Assembly: GCA_964016885.1 (NCBI GenBank)
Contig: OZ024753.1
Span: 16,430,001 to 16,494,000 of the forward strand
Length of the DNA: 64,000 nt
Direction of reading: 5' to 3'
DNA from: Eledone cirrhosa
Lineage: Eukaryota
Positions within the stretch are counted from its first letter, which is position 1. Each line of letters starts with the position of its first letter. Of this stretch, positions 51,799-64,000 are shown piece after piece. The position numbers were made by a program, and so were the translations under genes. Below the pieces are notes generated by a model. The model was not told the origin of the DNA. It worked only from the letters and a program-made list of their open reading frames with translations, and did not search any database.

Positions 51799-52658
51799 CA
51801 GGGTGCGGACAATATTTGTTCGTAATTTTCAACTGCTAATTTTATGCAAATTTTTTTACTTCCGTTGTCACTCTTGTCTTCATAAAAACAGTGACTATAT
51901 TTCCATTATTTATTTTCAGAATAATTGATTATGAATAATTTTGAACCTTCAAATTTGTGGAAGAGACACAGAGTTCTTCTTGGAATCTGCGCCAGGAGGA
52001 CAACTAAGACCAGAAGATCAACTCCCAGAACAACAGGTGGCTCGCTGTCTCATCTAAAGACGTGCCCAGTCATGCAGACAAAGTTTGCAGTGACAACATT
52101 GGTCTTAGGTGTCGTCAGCAGTCAAGGTGACGTCATGCCACCTCACTTCTTCCCTGAGGGCCTCAAGCTGAACACCGATGGCTAGTAAAGCCCTGGATCG
52201 ACCAGATAGCTGCAGGTAGGCCGTACGTGTGGCAGCAAGACTGAGCGCCCTGCCATACCAGACGAAAGACCCAAGCCTGGCTGTCAGAGAACTTCGTCGA
52301 CCACACTTCACCTGACATCTGGCCTCCCAGCTCTCCTGACTTCAACCCCCTCGACCTCTTTGTGTAGGGCACAGTGGAACGAGACGCCAACAGATCTAGC
52401 TGCAATACAAAAGACGATATGAAGGCCAGGATCACAAGTGCCTTTGGCGGCCTAAGTCGGGGGACAGTGACGAAGGCCTGTAGCCGGTTCCGAGGCTGCT
52501 TTGAGGCCGTCATCAAAGCCAATGGCAGGTTTACCAAGTGAGATCGAAAGAACAAGTCATGAAGACAAACTGACCCAAGTTTGATAAATATATCTTAAAA
52601 AATAAAACTACTGTGTTATTTTTACCTAGACAGTAAAACAAATATCGTCCGCACCCTG
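51799..52658 (+). mobile_element. Internally deleted Tc1/mariner DD37D (maT-type) transposon
   Basis: TIRs CAGGGTGCGGACAATATTTGTT / AACAAATATCGTCCGCACCCTG, TA flanks; WQQD*APCH...WPPSSPDFNPLD with 37 residues between the 2nd and 3rd D; in-frame stops. Confidence 0.92.
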
Positions 52659-53053
52659 TATATATATATATATATATATATAGCGGCGATGAATTAGTTT
52701 TGCGAGGTTTTTTATATGAAATCGTGTGTCGAAACAGATATAGACAGACTGAACAAAAAAAAAAATGGCGTAGACATACAACACAACAGGAGGAACAATG
52801 AATATAACACCACTGACGATGTTGCAGATGTGCAACGAAAGATTTATGTAAACTATATATATATGTGTTTGTCTATATTGTATCTGTATTATTTTTGACC
52901 GCCGGTCAGTCAATGGCAACATTGAGGACCGAGTAAGTTAGATCGCAGATATATATATATAAAAGACAGCGAGAAGCGAAAACCAACCAAACAGTGAGTG
53001 TGTTCTGTTATTAATTCTGGCCATATTACGCAAATATGACCCTCCCCAAATAT

Positions 53054-53100
<47 letters not shown>

Positions 53101-53317
53101 AATCATACCCAGTTTCTCCACCAGGCCAATCCTGTCTTGCCTGTCCTGTCCAAAACCTAACAACTGTCTCATATCTTGACTCTGGTGTTTGTTGTTGATG
53201 CGTGTATGTATGTATGTATGTGAGTATGTATGTATGTATGTATGATCTACTTGTGTGTGTATGCTTGTATGTACGTATGTATGTATGATCTGCTTGTGTG
53301 TGTATGTATGGTCTGTC

Positions 53318-53352
<35 letters not shown>

Positions 53353-53611
53353 CAGGGGCGAAGGGTGCGTGCATGCGTTATAGAATCTTGAGTTGATCAA
53401 TTGCGTTGGTTGAAGCAAGCACAATTTTGGCTGCTTACTAAATCGTAGACACATAAACAGATACACACACACACACTAGATTACACTATATGCAGCTTTG
53501 ACCGGGAGGGTCATTTAGAGGGAATTGGGAGAGGGGTAGGCTGCACAGCCCCACTTTCCGCCATGGCGATTGGACTGCATGCCCTGCTTCCCAGGTTACC
53601 CTTCACCACTG
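53353..53611. mobile_element. hAT-like MITE
   Basis: TIRs CAGGGGCGAAGGGT / ACCCTTCACCACTG; 8-bp flanks GTGTATAT / GTGTGTAT. Confidence 0.7.
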
Positions 53612-53778
53612 GTGTGTATGTATGTATGTATGTATGCATGTATGTATCTAACATGTATGTAACATGTATGTATGTATGTATGTATGTATGTATGTATGTA
53701 TGTATGTATGTATGTGTGTATGTATGGCTGTATGTATGTGTGTATGTATGGCTGTATGTATGTATGTATGTATGTATG

Positions 53779-54452
53779 TTCTTCTGGTTTTATAATTTCA
53801 CAAAGTTTTACCAATAGAGAGAGAGTCGGTTTCTAAAATAGATACAAGACTCTCTCATTGGAATTTACACAACATCAACTTGGTAGATATGTATGTATGT
53901 ATGCATGTGTAGATATGGATGTTATTGCATGTGTGGATGTGTATATTTTGAGTTGTATGTGTGCATGTGTATATGCTTTGTATCTGTACATGTGTATATG
54001 CAGTTATTAGATGCCAAATTTTTGGAATGTTTTACATATTTTTACTGTTCCATTAATGGATTGTACTTGTAATTTCCTAACTAGTTGTGTTCTTTCTGTT
54101 CCTGTGAAGCCTAGCTTCTCAAGATTTGTATTGAGGCAGTTATTAACATACCCCAGTGCCCCAATAATCACAGACATAAATCTGAAGGTGCAATCAGGGT
54201 GAAATATCTGCAGATTTCTCATTAATTCTTCATAAATATTCTCCTTTTCACTAATCTTTGATATTATATTGGCATCTGCTGGGCAGCTAATTTCCACTAC
54301 TGTGCATGCTTTCTTTTCTATGTCCCATATCATAATATCTGGTCTGTTATGCCTGCATTTTATTGGGGTTTTTACTGGAACATTCCACCAGTACCCTTTC
54401 ATATTATGTACGTGGATGTCTTCCACATTGCTGTAGCTTTTAATTTGTTTAT
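53779..54452 (-). mobile_element. 3' fragment of an RLE-endonuclease LINE (R4/Dong-like) in (CATA)n
   Basis: YWWNVPV...HNRPDIMIWD...VVEISCP...EKENIY...IIGALG; 3' UTR with GAGAGAGTC/GACTCTCTC stem; TATG repeats on both sides. Confidence 0.8.
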
Positions 54453-55225
54453 TATCGATGTATGTGAGTATGTATGTATGTATGATCTGCTTGTGTGTGT
54501 ATGCATGTATGTATGTATGTATGTATGTATGTATGTATGTATGTATGTATGTATGTATGTATGTATGTATGTATGTATGTATGATCTGCTTGTGTGTGTA
54601 TGCATGTATGTATCTATGTATGATCTGCTTGTGTATGTATGTATGATCTGCTTGTGTATGTATGTATGGTCTGTGTGTGTGTATGTATGGTCTGCCTGTG
54701 TGTGTATGTATGGTCTGCCTGTGTGTGTATGTATGCATGTATATATACGTGTATGTATGAATGATGTGTCTGTGTTTATGTATGTATTAATGTATGTATG
54801 TATATGAATCTATGTATATATATGTATGTATGTAGGATCTGTGAGTGTGTGTGTGTATGTGTGTATGAATATATATGTGTGTGCATGTATGTATGTATGT
54901 ATGAATATATAATGTGTGTGTGTATGTGTTATGTGTGTCCGTGTGTGTATGTGTGTATTTAAAACAAATGAACTAAAGAATTACTAAGGCCAGCATATTG
55001 TTTGTTAAACATGATCAACTTGATATAGGGACATATTAACTTGTATATATGTGTGTGTATATCTATATATGTATGTGTATATATGTGTGTGTATATATGT
55101 CTGTGTATATATGTGTGTGTCTGTCCCTTGATCTATGTCTCTTTACTCTCTCTCTCTCTCTCTCTCTCCCTATATATATATATATATTTATATATATCTA
55201 CACACACACACATATATATATATGA

Positions 55226-55339
<114 letters not shown>

Positions 55340-55559
55340 TGTGTGTGTGTGTGTGTGTATTCCAATTTAACTCTCATCTATTTATAATTGTGTGTTGAAA
55401 ATTATAGAAATAAATTCTTTGATGACATTTCACAGGGTTAAAAGGAAGGAGAGGGTGGACATGGGGGGGGGGGGGCAGAAGGAGGAGGAGGAAGAAAGAA
55501 AAAAAGAAAGAGAAGGAGACAAAGATTCAGAGCAAAAGAATAAAAGAGAGAATGAAAAA

Positions 55560-55880
55560 TATTTGGTTTTTAATGTATATGGCCCTCGGTTGGTTACGAC
55601 GAGTGTTCTGGTTCAGACGATCAACGATCAATGGAACAGCCAGCTCATGAAATTAACGTGCAAGTGGCTGAGCATTCTTCAGACATGCATTTCCTTAGTA
55701 TAGTTCTCAGGGAGATTCAGTGTGACACAGTGTGAAAAGGTTGGCCTGACATTTTACAGGTACACACTTAATTTTGCCAGCTTGGTGGACTGGAGTAACA
55801 GGAAATAAAGGACTCAATGTACTGATAGGAATCAGAGTCCTGACTTTACGATCATGATCTGAAGACCCTAACCACTATAA
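55560..55880 (-). mobile_element. Old SINE, family C
   Basis: Degenerate tRNA head at 55830-55878; body GAAATTAACGTGCAAGTGGCTGAGCA recalled from octopus repeats. Confidence 0.6.
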
Positions 55881-55933
55881 TGTCTGTATAAGAACAAAAA
55901 TATGAAAAAATAATACTCTTATATATATAGTGA

Positions 55934-56428
55934 AAGTGCATGGCTTAGTGGTTAGAGTATTGGACTTTCAATCGAAAGGTTGTCAGTTCAATTCTCGGAC
56001 CGGGTGATGTTGTTTCCTTGAGCAAGACACTTTATTTCACATTGCTCCAGTTTACTCAGCTGTAGAAATGAGATGATAGGACTGGGGTCCCTATCATTCC
56101 ACTGCAAAGTGGTCATGGAGGTGCCACGGCAAAAAAGCACCCAGCACTCACTGTAAAGTGGTCATGGAGGTGCCACGGCAATAAAATCCCCCAGCCCACA
56201 CTGTAAAGTGGATGTGTAGGCGCCACGGAAAAAAAAGCACCCAGTACTCACTGTAAATGAGGTTGGTGTTAGGAAGGGAATCCAGCTGTAGAAATCAAGC
56301 CAGAATCAGTTCCCATATGAGGAAGACAAGGTCAGCCGACTGGACACTGCCAACAACAGGACAACCCGTCTAACCCATGCTAGCGTGGAAGAACGGACGT
56401 AGAACGGTGATGATGATGATGATGATGA
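55934..56428 (+). mobile_element. SINE family A with three 48-bp units
   Basis: Same head and tail, internal unit triplicated. Confidence 0.88.
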
Positions 56429-56804
56429 TATATATATCTTCTTCTTTTACTTATTCCTGTGAGGGTCATGAGAGCAGAGTCCTCAATCTCTCCTACCACC
56501 AGGTCCTGTCAGAAGCAACCATCTCCAAATGTTCTGGCTACATCTCTAAGCGTGACCAGCAAAGCTCATGGATGTTATCCAACCATCTTGCTCGGGGTGA
56601 GTCCCTGGGTCTCATGTCGGTTGGTTTTGCCAATAAAATCTGTCCAGCGATTGTTTCCTGAGACATTCTAGCCACATGTCCATAGTATCAAAGCTGTGAT
56701 TTCTCAATTTGAAAAAGTAGTGGCTCTACCTGGAGTGACTCTCTGATCTCCAAGCTACGTACTTTATCGATTTCTTGAGGAAAAGTTGTCCTGTTATTAG
56801 TCCA

Positions 56805-57001
56805 GGGCGTTGGATTGGCAGTACAGTATCGGTAGAGAGTCGGACGCCATGCTTTCCAGCATAGTTACGTCCCTTTATCATCTGAGTTCAAATCCCGCCG
56901 AGGTTAACTTTGCCTTTCATCCTTACGGGGTCGATAAAATAAAGTACCAGTAATGTACTGGTTAATTGCTGGCCTTGTGCCAAAAGTAGAAACAGTTATT
57001 A
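56805..57001 (+). mobile_element. SINE family B
   Basis: Same motifs. Confidence 0.85.
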
Positions 57002-57233
57002 GTCAAGTCAGATCAGGTGACTGTTTCTTGCCTATACAGAACTGTTTCTTGATTGGTTTCTATGGGTAGATGTCCTTTCCTAATGCCAACCACATTTACA
57101 GTGTGGGCTGGGCAGTATTTATCATGGCTCCAAAATTACCACTTTAGGGAGTGAACTAACGAAGTCCCAACATATAAGAAACATAAGTTATAAACATGAA
57201 CTGTTAATAGTTCAAACTAGTCATACTTAGAAA

Positions 57234-57423
57234 TAATTGTTTCTACTTTTGGCACAAGGCCAGCAATGACCCAGTACATTACTGGTACTTTATTTTATCG
57301 ACCCCGTAAGGATGAAAGGCAAAGTTAACCTCAGCGGGATTTAAACTCAGACCGCAAAGGGACGTAACTATGCTGGAAAGCATGGCGTCCGACCCTCTAC
57401 CGATACTGCCAATTCACCGCCCT
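57234..57423 (-). mobile_element. SINE family B
   Basis: Same motifs, inverted relative to 56805-57001. Confidence 0.85.
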
Positions 57424-57458
57424 GAGAAATAATGAACTAATGTAACATGTCTGATAGA

Positions 57459-58455
57459 GTGGTGGGGGTGTTGGTAGTGGTGGTAGTGGTGGCAGTGGTA
57501 GTAGTGCTGTTGGTAATGGTAGTGGTGGTGGTGTTGGTAGTGGTGGTAGTGGTGGCAGTGGTAGTTGTGCTGTTGGTAATGTAGTGGTGGTGGTGTTGGT
57601 AGTGGTGGTAGTGGTGGCAGTGGTAGTAGTGCTGTTGGTAATGTAGTGGTGGTGGTGTTGGTAGTGGTGGTAGTGGTGGCAGTGGTAGTAGTGCTGTTGG
57701 TAATGGTAGTGGTGGTGGTGTTGGTAGTGGTGGTAGTGGTGGCAGTGGTAGTAGTGGTAGTTGTGCTGTTGGTAATGTAGTGGTGGTGGTGTTGGTAGTG
57801 GTGGCAGTGGTAGTAGTGCTGTTGGTAATGTAGTGGTGGTGGTGTTGGTAGTGGTGGTAGTGGTAGTAGTGCTGTTGGTAATGGTAGTGGGGGTGGTGGT
57901 AGTGGTGGTAGTGGTGACAGTGGTAGTAGTGGTAGTTGTGCTGTTGGTAATGTAGTGGTGGTGGTGGTGTTGGCAGTGGTGGTAGTGGTGACAGTGGTAG
58001 TAGTGCTGTTGGTAATGGTAGTGGTGGTGGTGTTGGTAGTGGTGGTGGTGGTGGTGGTGTTGGTATTTGTAGTAGTGGTAGTAGTGCTGTTGGTAATGTA
58101 GTGATGGTGGTGTTGGTAGTGGTGGTAGTGGTGGCAGTGGTAGTGGTGCTGTTGGTAATGGTAGTGGTGGTGGTGTTGGTAGTGGTGGTGGTGGTGGTGG
58201 TGTTGGTAGTGGTAGTAGTGGTAGTAGTGCTGTTGGTAATGTAGTGATGGTGGTGTTGGTAGTGGTGGTAGTGGTGGCAGTGGTAGTGGTGCTGTTGGTA
58301 ATGGTAGTGGATGTGGTGGTAGTGGTGGCAGTGGTGACAGTGGTAGTAGTGCTGTTGGTAATGGTAGTGGTGGTGGTGTTGGTAGTGGTGGCAGTGGTAG
58401 TAGTGGTAGTTGTGCTGTTGGTAGTGGATGTGGTGGTAGTGGTGGTGGTGGTGGT
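57459..58455. repeat. (GGT/AGT) trinucleotide-derived array with about 62-bp superstructure
   Basis: Recurring GTGCTGTTGGTAATG anchor within GGT/AGT runs. Confidence 0.85.
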
Positions 58456-58765
58456 AAAATTAACTTTTTTTTAATCTTTTTTATTATTATTATTAATTGT
58501 TTTTAAGAAAATAAAACCAACAAGCAGAGACAAACAAGAAAAGCACAAGGACCCCCCCCCCCTTAAGTCCTCATTCACACGACGACTAAATTCGGAATTA
58601 ATAATAGGGGTTAAGAAAGTCTTACAGCCAACATGTTCACCCGGAATAATGATAATAATAATAATAATAATTAAAAAATCTTTAAAAATGTAAGCAAAAG
58701 TAAAATAAGCCAGAAGTAGTAAAATTAATATTATTGGACATAAGAGTTATATGATATAACAAAAA

Positions 58766-58767
58766 CA

Positions 58768-58800
<33 letters not shown>

Positions 58801-58828
58801 GTGGAATTACTACTACTACTACAGTGGA

Positions 58829-58869
<41 letters not shown>

Positions 58870-59392
58870 AGTGGAACTACTACTACTACTACTACTACTG
58901 TGGAATTACTACTACTACTACTACTACTACTACTACCACTACTACTCCTACAGTGGAACTACTACTACTACTACTACTAGAGTGGAACAACTACTACTAC
59001 TATTACTACTACTACAGTGGAACTACTACTACAACAACAACAACAGTGAGAGTTGCTGTTACAACAACAGCATCAAAAACAACAACAACAACAACAACAG
59101 GAGCGAGAGTTGCTGTTACGACAACAACAACAACAGGAGCGAGAGTTGCTGTTACAACAACAACAACAACAACAACAACAGCAGTGAGAGTTGCTGTTAC
59201 AAGAACAACAACAACAACAACTATAACAACAACAACAACAACTATAACAACAACAACAACAACTATAACAACAACAACAACAACAACACCAGTGAGAGTT
59301 GTTGCTACAAGAACAACAACAACAACTATAACAACAACAACAACCACAACAACAGCAGTGAGAGTTGCTGTTACAACAACAACAACAACAGT
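58766..59392. repeat. (ACT)n and (AAC)n arrays with recurring anchors
   Basis: Anchors CAGTGGAA and GTGAGAGTTGCTGTT. Confidence 0.85.
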
Positions 59393-59409
59393 GGGATTTA
59401 CTATAACTT

Positions 59410-59551
59410 TGGCAGTATCGGTAGAGTGTCAGACACCGTTTTTTGCAGTATAGAGTTACGTCCCTTGCCATTCTGAGTTCAAATCCCGCCGAGGTTAACT
59501 TTGCCTTTCATCCTTACTGGATTGATAAAATAAAGTACCAGTAATGTACTG
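59410..59551 (+). mobile_element. SINE family B
   Basis: Same motifs. Confidence 0.85.
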
Positions 59552-59689
59552 TATAAACAATTAATATCTATTACTAGTGGCTTAAGTAAATTGGATAGAC
59601 TAATTTGCATAATTGAAATAGCTGCCATCTTTGGCAGCTATTTCAATTAATAAATTACTGCTGTATTAAAAAGTCTTGCCTCTATGGTA

Positions 59690-60092
59690 TACTGTACTAT
59701 AGTATATATATAGTACTATAGTATATATATAGTACTATAGTATATATATAGTACTATAGTATATATATAGTACTATAGTATATATATAGTACTATAGTAT
59801 ATATATATATAGTACTATAGTATATACATAGTACTATAGTATATACATAGTACTATAGTACATATATAATACTATAGTATATATATAGTACTATAGTATA
59901 TATATAGTACTATAGTATATATATAGTACTATAGTATATATATAGTACTATAGTATATACATAGTACTATAGTATATACATAGTACTATGGTATATATAT
60001 AGTACTATAGTATATATATATAGTACTATAGTATATACATAGTACTATAGTATATACATAGTACTATAGTATATATATATAGTATATACTAT
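59690..60092. repeat. 19-bp AT-rich palindromic minisatellite
   Basis: Unit AGTACTATAGTATATATAT containing the palindrome TATAGTACTATA. Confidence 0.9.
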
Positions 60093-60177
60093 ACTGAATG
60101 TTCCTGTTGTCATTTGGGTGAATGGTCTCTGAGTCAGAAACAGAAAAACATTTTTTTTCATTCTCTGTTTTTTTCCT

Positions 60178-60240
60178 AACTATACCTGATGATGTCACTA
60201 GGTTCATATGTAACCTGACCACTGAAATGTGCATAATGTT
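60178..60240 (+). ncRNA. Degenerate hammerhead-like motif
   Basis: CTGATGA...GAAA-TGTGCA-TA with imperfect stems I and II, between TA-rich tracts. Confidence 0.4.
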
Positions 60241-60295
60241 TGAAAGATTGAAAAATTGACGGAATAAAACCTGTCCAGCCTCCTGTCATTTTACT

Positions 60296-60342
<47 letters not shown>

Positions 60343-60554
60343 CTTTATTTACCATAAAGGCATAAAAAGAAGGGACAAATACAAAGGGGGAGTTTACATA
60401 TAATCGAGTAAAAAGGGTGTAACATGAAAATAATCGAAAATAACCTCAAAAGGGAGGGGACGTGATGGGGGTTGCACACACACCCAAAAAAGTGTGCAAT
60501 CCTTTTCCCGGGGAGCACATGGAGTAGGTGCTCCCCTCTCCTTTACTTCTTTAC

Positions 60555-63138
60555 CTACTGGATGGTATACAGAGAAGGCCCATTTACACGAGCCATTCTC
60601 GCCACTATCACCCACCTTTCATAAAACTGCCTGTGGCCAAGCACCTCTCTCTCCATTCTTATCCTTCTTCCGAAGTGATATCGGAAGAAGTAGAGCAGAC
60701 TATGGCCAGAGAGGAAGTTGCCTGACCTCAGACCTTTCAATCGTGTCCACCAAACAACCTCTTTCAACATGGCTATTACGCACAGAAAAACCGCCTTTGC
60801 TTCCTTTGTGAAGAGGGGAGGCGGTTTGATTGTCATCACGGACTCGGCGGTCAATTTAATCAGCGCCACCCGCGACAGCAGTCGCTCGGCGTAGCCCCAC
60901 AGATCAGCCACGCCCGGACATTGCACCAATGCGTGCGCAACGGTTTCTTCGTGACGCACGCATCTAGGGCAAATCTTTTTTGAGGGATCCCTGCCCGGGC
61001 GCCCGTGTCTGTAGAGCCTCTCTCGAACGGGTAGAGCCCCCCGGTAGCACTGCCAGGCCAGTGACTTCTGGAAGTTGTCCATTGGTCCTGGGCCGAAAGT
61101 CCTACCGAACAGGCTGGCCAGTTTGTCTTCTTCCATGTCCAGCGACTCTCCAAGGGTGTCATCGCCCCTGCTAGCCACCAGCCCTCTATAGAATGATGAG
61201 GTGGATTCTCCACCGATGGCCTGGCCCGCTTGCCAGAGAGCCCTGAGCGCCTGAGCACACTCAGTGTGCCAGTCTCCCAGTTTTCCGGATCTTTGCTTGA
61301 CCCAGGACTGTAGCTCGATGAGCGAGACGAGTCTCGGAAAGGCTCGTTTCACGAACGGAGCCCACACCGGTTGACCAGTGAGGAATACCTGTAGGTGCCG
61401 TAGCCTTAATGCGTGCCTACGCATCATCAACCACGGCATCCCCAGCCCTCCTTTCGAAGGTTGTTGGCAGCAGATGGATCTTCTCACCATAGGAGGGCGC
61501 TTCTTCCAAAGAAATTGGAAGAGCATGCGTTCCATGGTGGTGAGTGTTTCCTTAGGGCAAGGCACGACAGTCAGGCGGTAGTAAGTGACGGACGCTATGT
61601 AAATGTTCGCCACCTCCGCCCGGCCTTTTAGGGACAGCTTACACTTGGCCCATTTCTGGGTTAGTGCAAACACCTTGTTCGTAACCTCGTTCCAGTTCTT
61701 TTCCACCTGGAGGTCCGGTCCAAACCAGACCCCAAGCAACTTTACCGGGCCCTCCGTCCAGTGTCCGACGACACCGTCAGGAGGCATCGGTCTGCCTCTC
61801 CACGTTCCGAGTTGCAGTCCGATGGATTTTTCCCGGTTCAGTTTCGCTCCTGACAACCTTTCGTACTCCTCCAGTAAGGTACCGATCGCCTCGATCTCCG
61901 AGTCGGTCGATACCATTACTGTTACGTCATCGGCGTAGGCCGACACCGCTTTGCTCAATCCTGGTTCCAGGGGGATACCCTGCAACAACTCCAACTTCCT
62001 CAGTAAAGGCTCGAGAGTCAATACGTACAGAAGGGAGGAGAGAGGGCACCCCTGTCGAATGGATCGTGTGATTTCGAACGGCTTCGAAAGGTAGCCGTTC
62101 ACCTTGATCCTAGAACAGATGTGGTTGCTATGTAAGGCAGTGATCCAGCCTCTGAAAACAGGACCGAACCCAGCCGCCGCTAGCACCGCATCCAGGTAAC
62201 CATGGTCGACCCTATCGAAGGCCTTAGACTGATCCAAGTTGATCAGGGCCCCACCGAAGCCGGGTTTGTTGCCAACCCTCTCTATGATGTATCGCATGAG
62301 GTGGAGGTTATCGTGAATGGACCTGGATGGGATAGCACATGTTTGCGCATCTCCCACCAGGCCACCCACGACAAGCGCCAACCTCTTTGCTAACACCTTG
62401 GCCAAAATCTTTAACTCTGTGTTTAGCAGGGTTATGGGCCGAAAATTATTTATACTATCTCCCTTGTTCTCGTCCTTCCTCACCAGCGTGACTACGCCCT
62501 TGGCTACAGAACAAGGAATTCTCCCGTTCTGCTGCCAATTGCAGTAGACCGCTTCGAGGAGTTCGGAGAAGAAGACCGGCATTGCTAAATAAAGTTCGTA
62601 AGGTATACCATCGAGACCTGGAGATTTGCGTCTGCTGCATTGGCTCAGCGCATCTCCGATCTCATCAGCCGAGATTGGTCCCTCGCAGGACTCTGCCTCT
62701 TCGCTTGAGAGACGCGGCAGGCCGTCGAGGTATGGACCGAAATCCACGCCCCCGCCCTGACCCCTGCCTCCCCCGAACAATCGGGCAAAGTGCCTTTGAA
62801 AGGCCTCGCACATCTGCTTAGGCTCCTGGATCACCCGTCCATCTTCGTCTTGCAACGACCGGATGGTGGATCGATTTCCACTCTTAGCTTCTGTCACGCG
62901 GGCCCAGCCAACGGCTTTGGCCCCCTCATTACCTAGAGCACGTATTTTACTTCGAATGACGCAGCCTTCGTGCTTTGCATCGAAAAACTGGTTCAAGGCC
63001 GTCCTCGATGCCAGCACTCTGGCCACATCTTTGCTCTTGACTGCCTCTTCTAATTTACCTGTTAATTCTTTCTCGTTTCTATTCCTATCGGCAGCTAACA
63101 TCTTGCTATAACTTATTGATTCTGTTCTAATCTCTCTT
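60555..63138 (-). CDS. Tx1-like ORF2, RT and C-terminal zinc knuckle (uninterrupted, about 860 aa)
   Basis: KSPGLDG, FRPITLLN, LDQSKAFDRVDH, RQGCPLS, AYADDVT, KGGLG, CPRC...ETVAHALVQC. Confidence 0.92.
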
Positions 63139-63963
63139 GGAAGCAAGCAAAGCTTCTAAATGACCTCAGGTCATGTAGTATAAATGTAATGGTTATCTGT
63201 GAGACTCGAATCAGCGTCGTGCGGCAGCTGGCCCCCACCTTCGATGACTTTGAGGTGCATGCATCTCTGTCAACCTGGAGGTGGGGGTGGGGTTGTCGTA
63301 CTGCTGCAAAAACACCTGGGTCTTGCCGTACAGGTTGTGCACTCGGACCCGGAGGGTCGTTTGTTGGTGCTAGACGTTGACAGTAGTGAAAGTGCGGCCT
63401 TGAGACTGGTCGCCGTCTACTCCCCTTTCGGAGCTGAACGGCCCGACTTCTTCCAGCGTTTGGAGACTTTTCTGGGAACGTCGCGTTCCCTGCTTCTAGC
63501 GGGGGATTGGAATGACATCCTAGATGCACGTTGGGACTATGCAGGAGCATGTCCTAATAGAGGGGGGTGTAACATCCTCAAGGGGTTACTCGATCGTTTT
63601 AACTTGGTCGATAGATATCGACTAGATTTTCCAACTGTGCCTACCTGGACTTGGAGAAACCACAGTGGTCAATCTAGATCGTACTTAGATAGATTCTTAG
63701 TTAGAAGTAAGAATAGAGACATATTAAGCTGTCCAGAAATGCGCACGGTTGGCTACACGGATCACAAATTAGTGACCTGCGTAGTCAATTTCGAGAAAAC
63801 ACATAGACAGGGTCTCGGTTACTGGAAACTTAATTTGTCTTTACCGACAAAAGAGACTTACAGAAACCGGATTAGCAGATTAGTTAAGGAGAGGTTGACG
63901 GGTGCAATCGTCAACAACCGATGGTGGGCATCTCTCAAAAGAGAGATTAGAACAGAATCAATA
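63139..63963 (+). pseudogene. Inverted APE endonuclease part of the same ORF2, one frameshift near 63265
   Basis: KQAKLLNDL...ICETR, GGVVVLL, GRLLVLD, VAVYSP, AGDWND, WTW, RSYLDRF, TDH, YWKLN. Ends KREIRTESI, the same residues that begin the minus-strand part. Confidence 0.9.
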
Positions 63964-64000
63964 TATATATATATATAGAGATAGATAAATATACACGGGT

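Larger units (their letters stand above)
60341..63963 (-). mobile_element. Tx1/L1-clade LINE, ORF1-less, with inverted 5' segment, inserted in (TA)n
   Basis: Long RT ORF on minus, EN on plus, AATAAA-like 3' end at about 60345, (TA)n on both flanks. Confidence 0.93.

Overview
AT-rich, microsatellite-dense animal DNA. The SINE and RTE families resemble those of octopod cephalopods (inference from recalled repeat consensus, not a database match). One host gene is supported: the first three coding exons of LRRC23 (motile-cilium radial-spoke LRR protein) on the minus strand, with a greatly expanded acidic N-terminal exon; the remaining exons should lie left of the window. A tRNA-Ala(AGC) gene sits in its first coding intron, and an RFX X-box/YY1 promoter-like island lies about 4.4 kb upstream. 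The rest is transposon-derived: a near full-length RTE LINE, a young Tx1/L1-clade LINE with a twin-priming-type 5' inversion, two Penelope-like elements, a DD37D maT relic, an R4/Dong-like fragment, piggyBac/hAT/pogo MITEs, many tRNA-SINEs and several minisatellites seeded from TE sequence. The most striking pattern is about ten short, non-coding fold-back elements in (TA)n tracts that carry complete or half minimal hammerhead ribozymes, whose inversion breakpoints repeatedly fall at hammerhead stem II.
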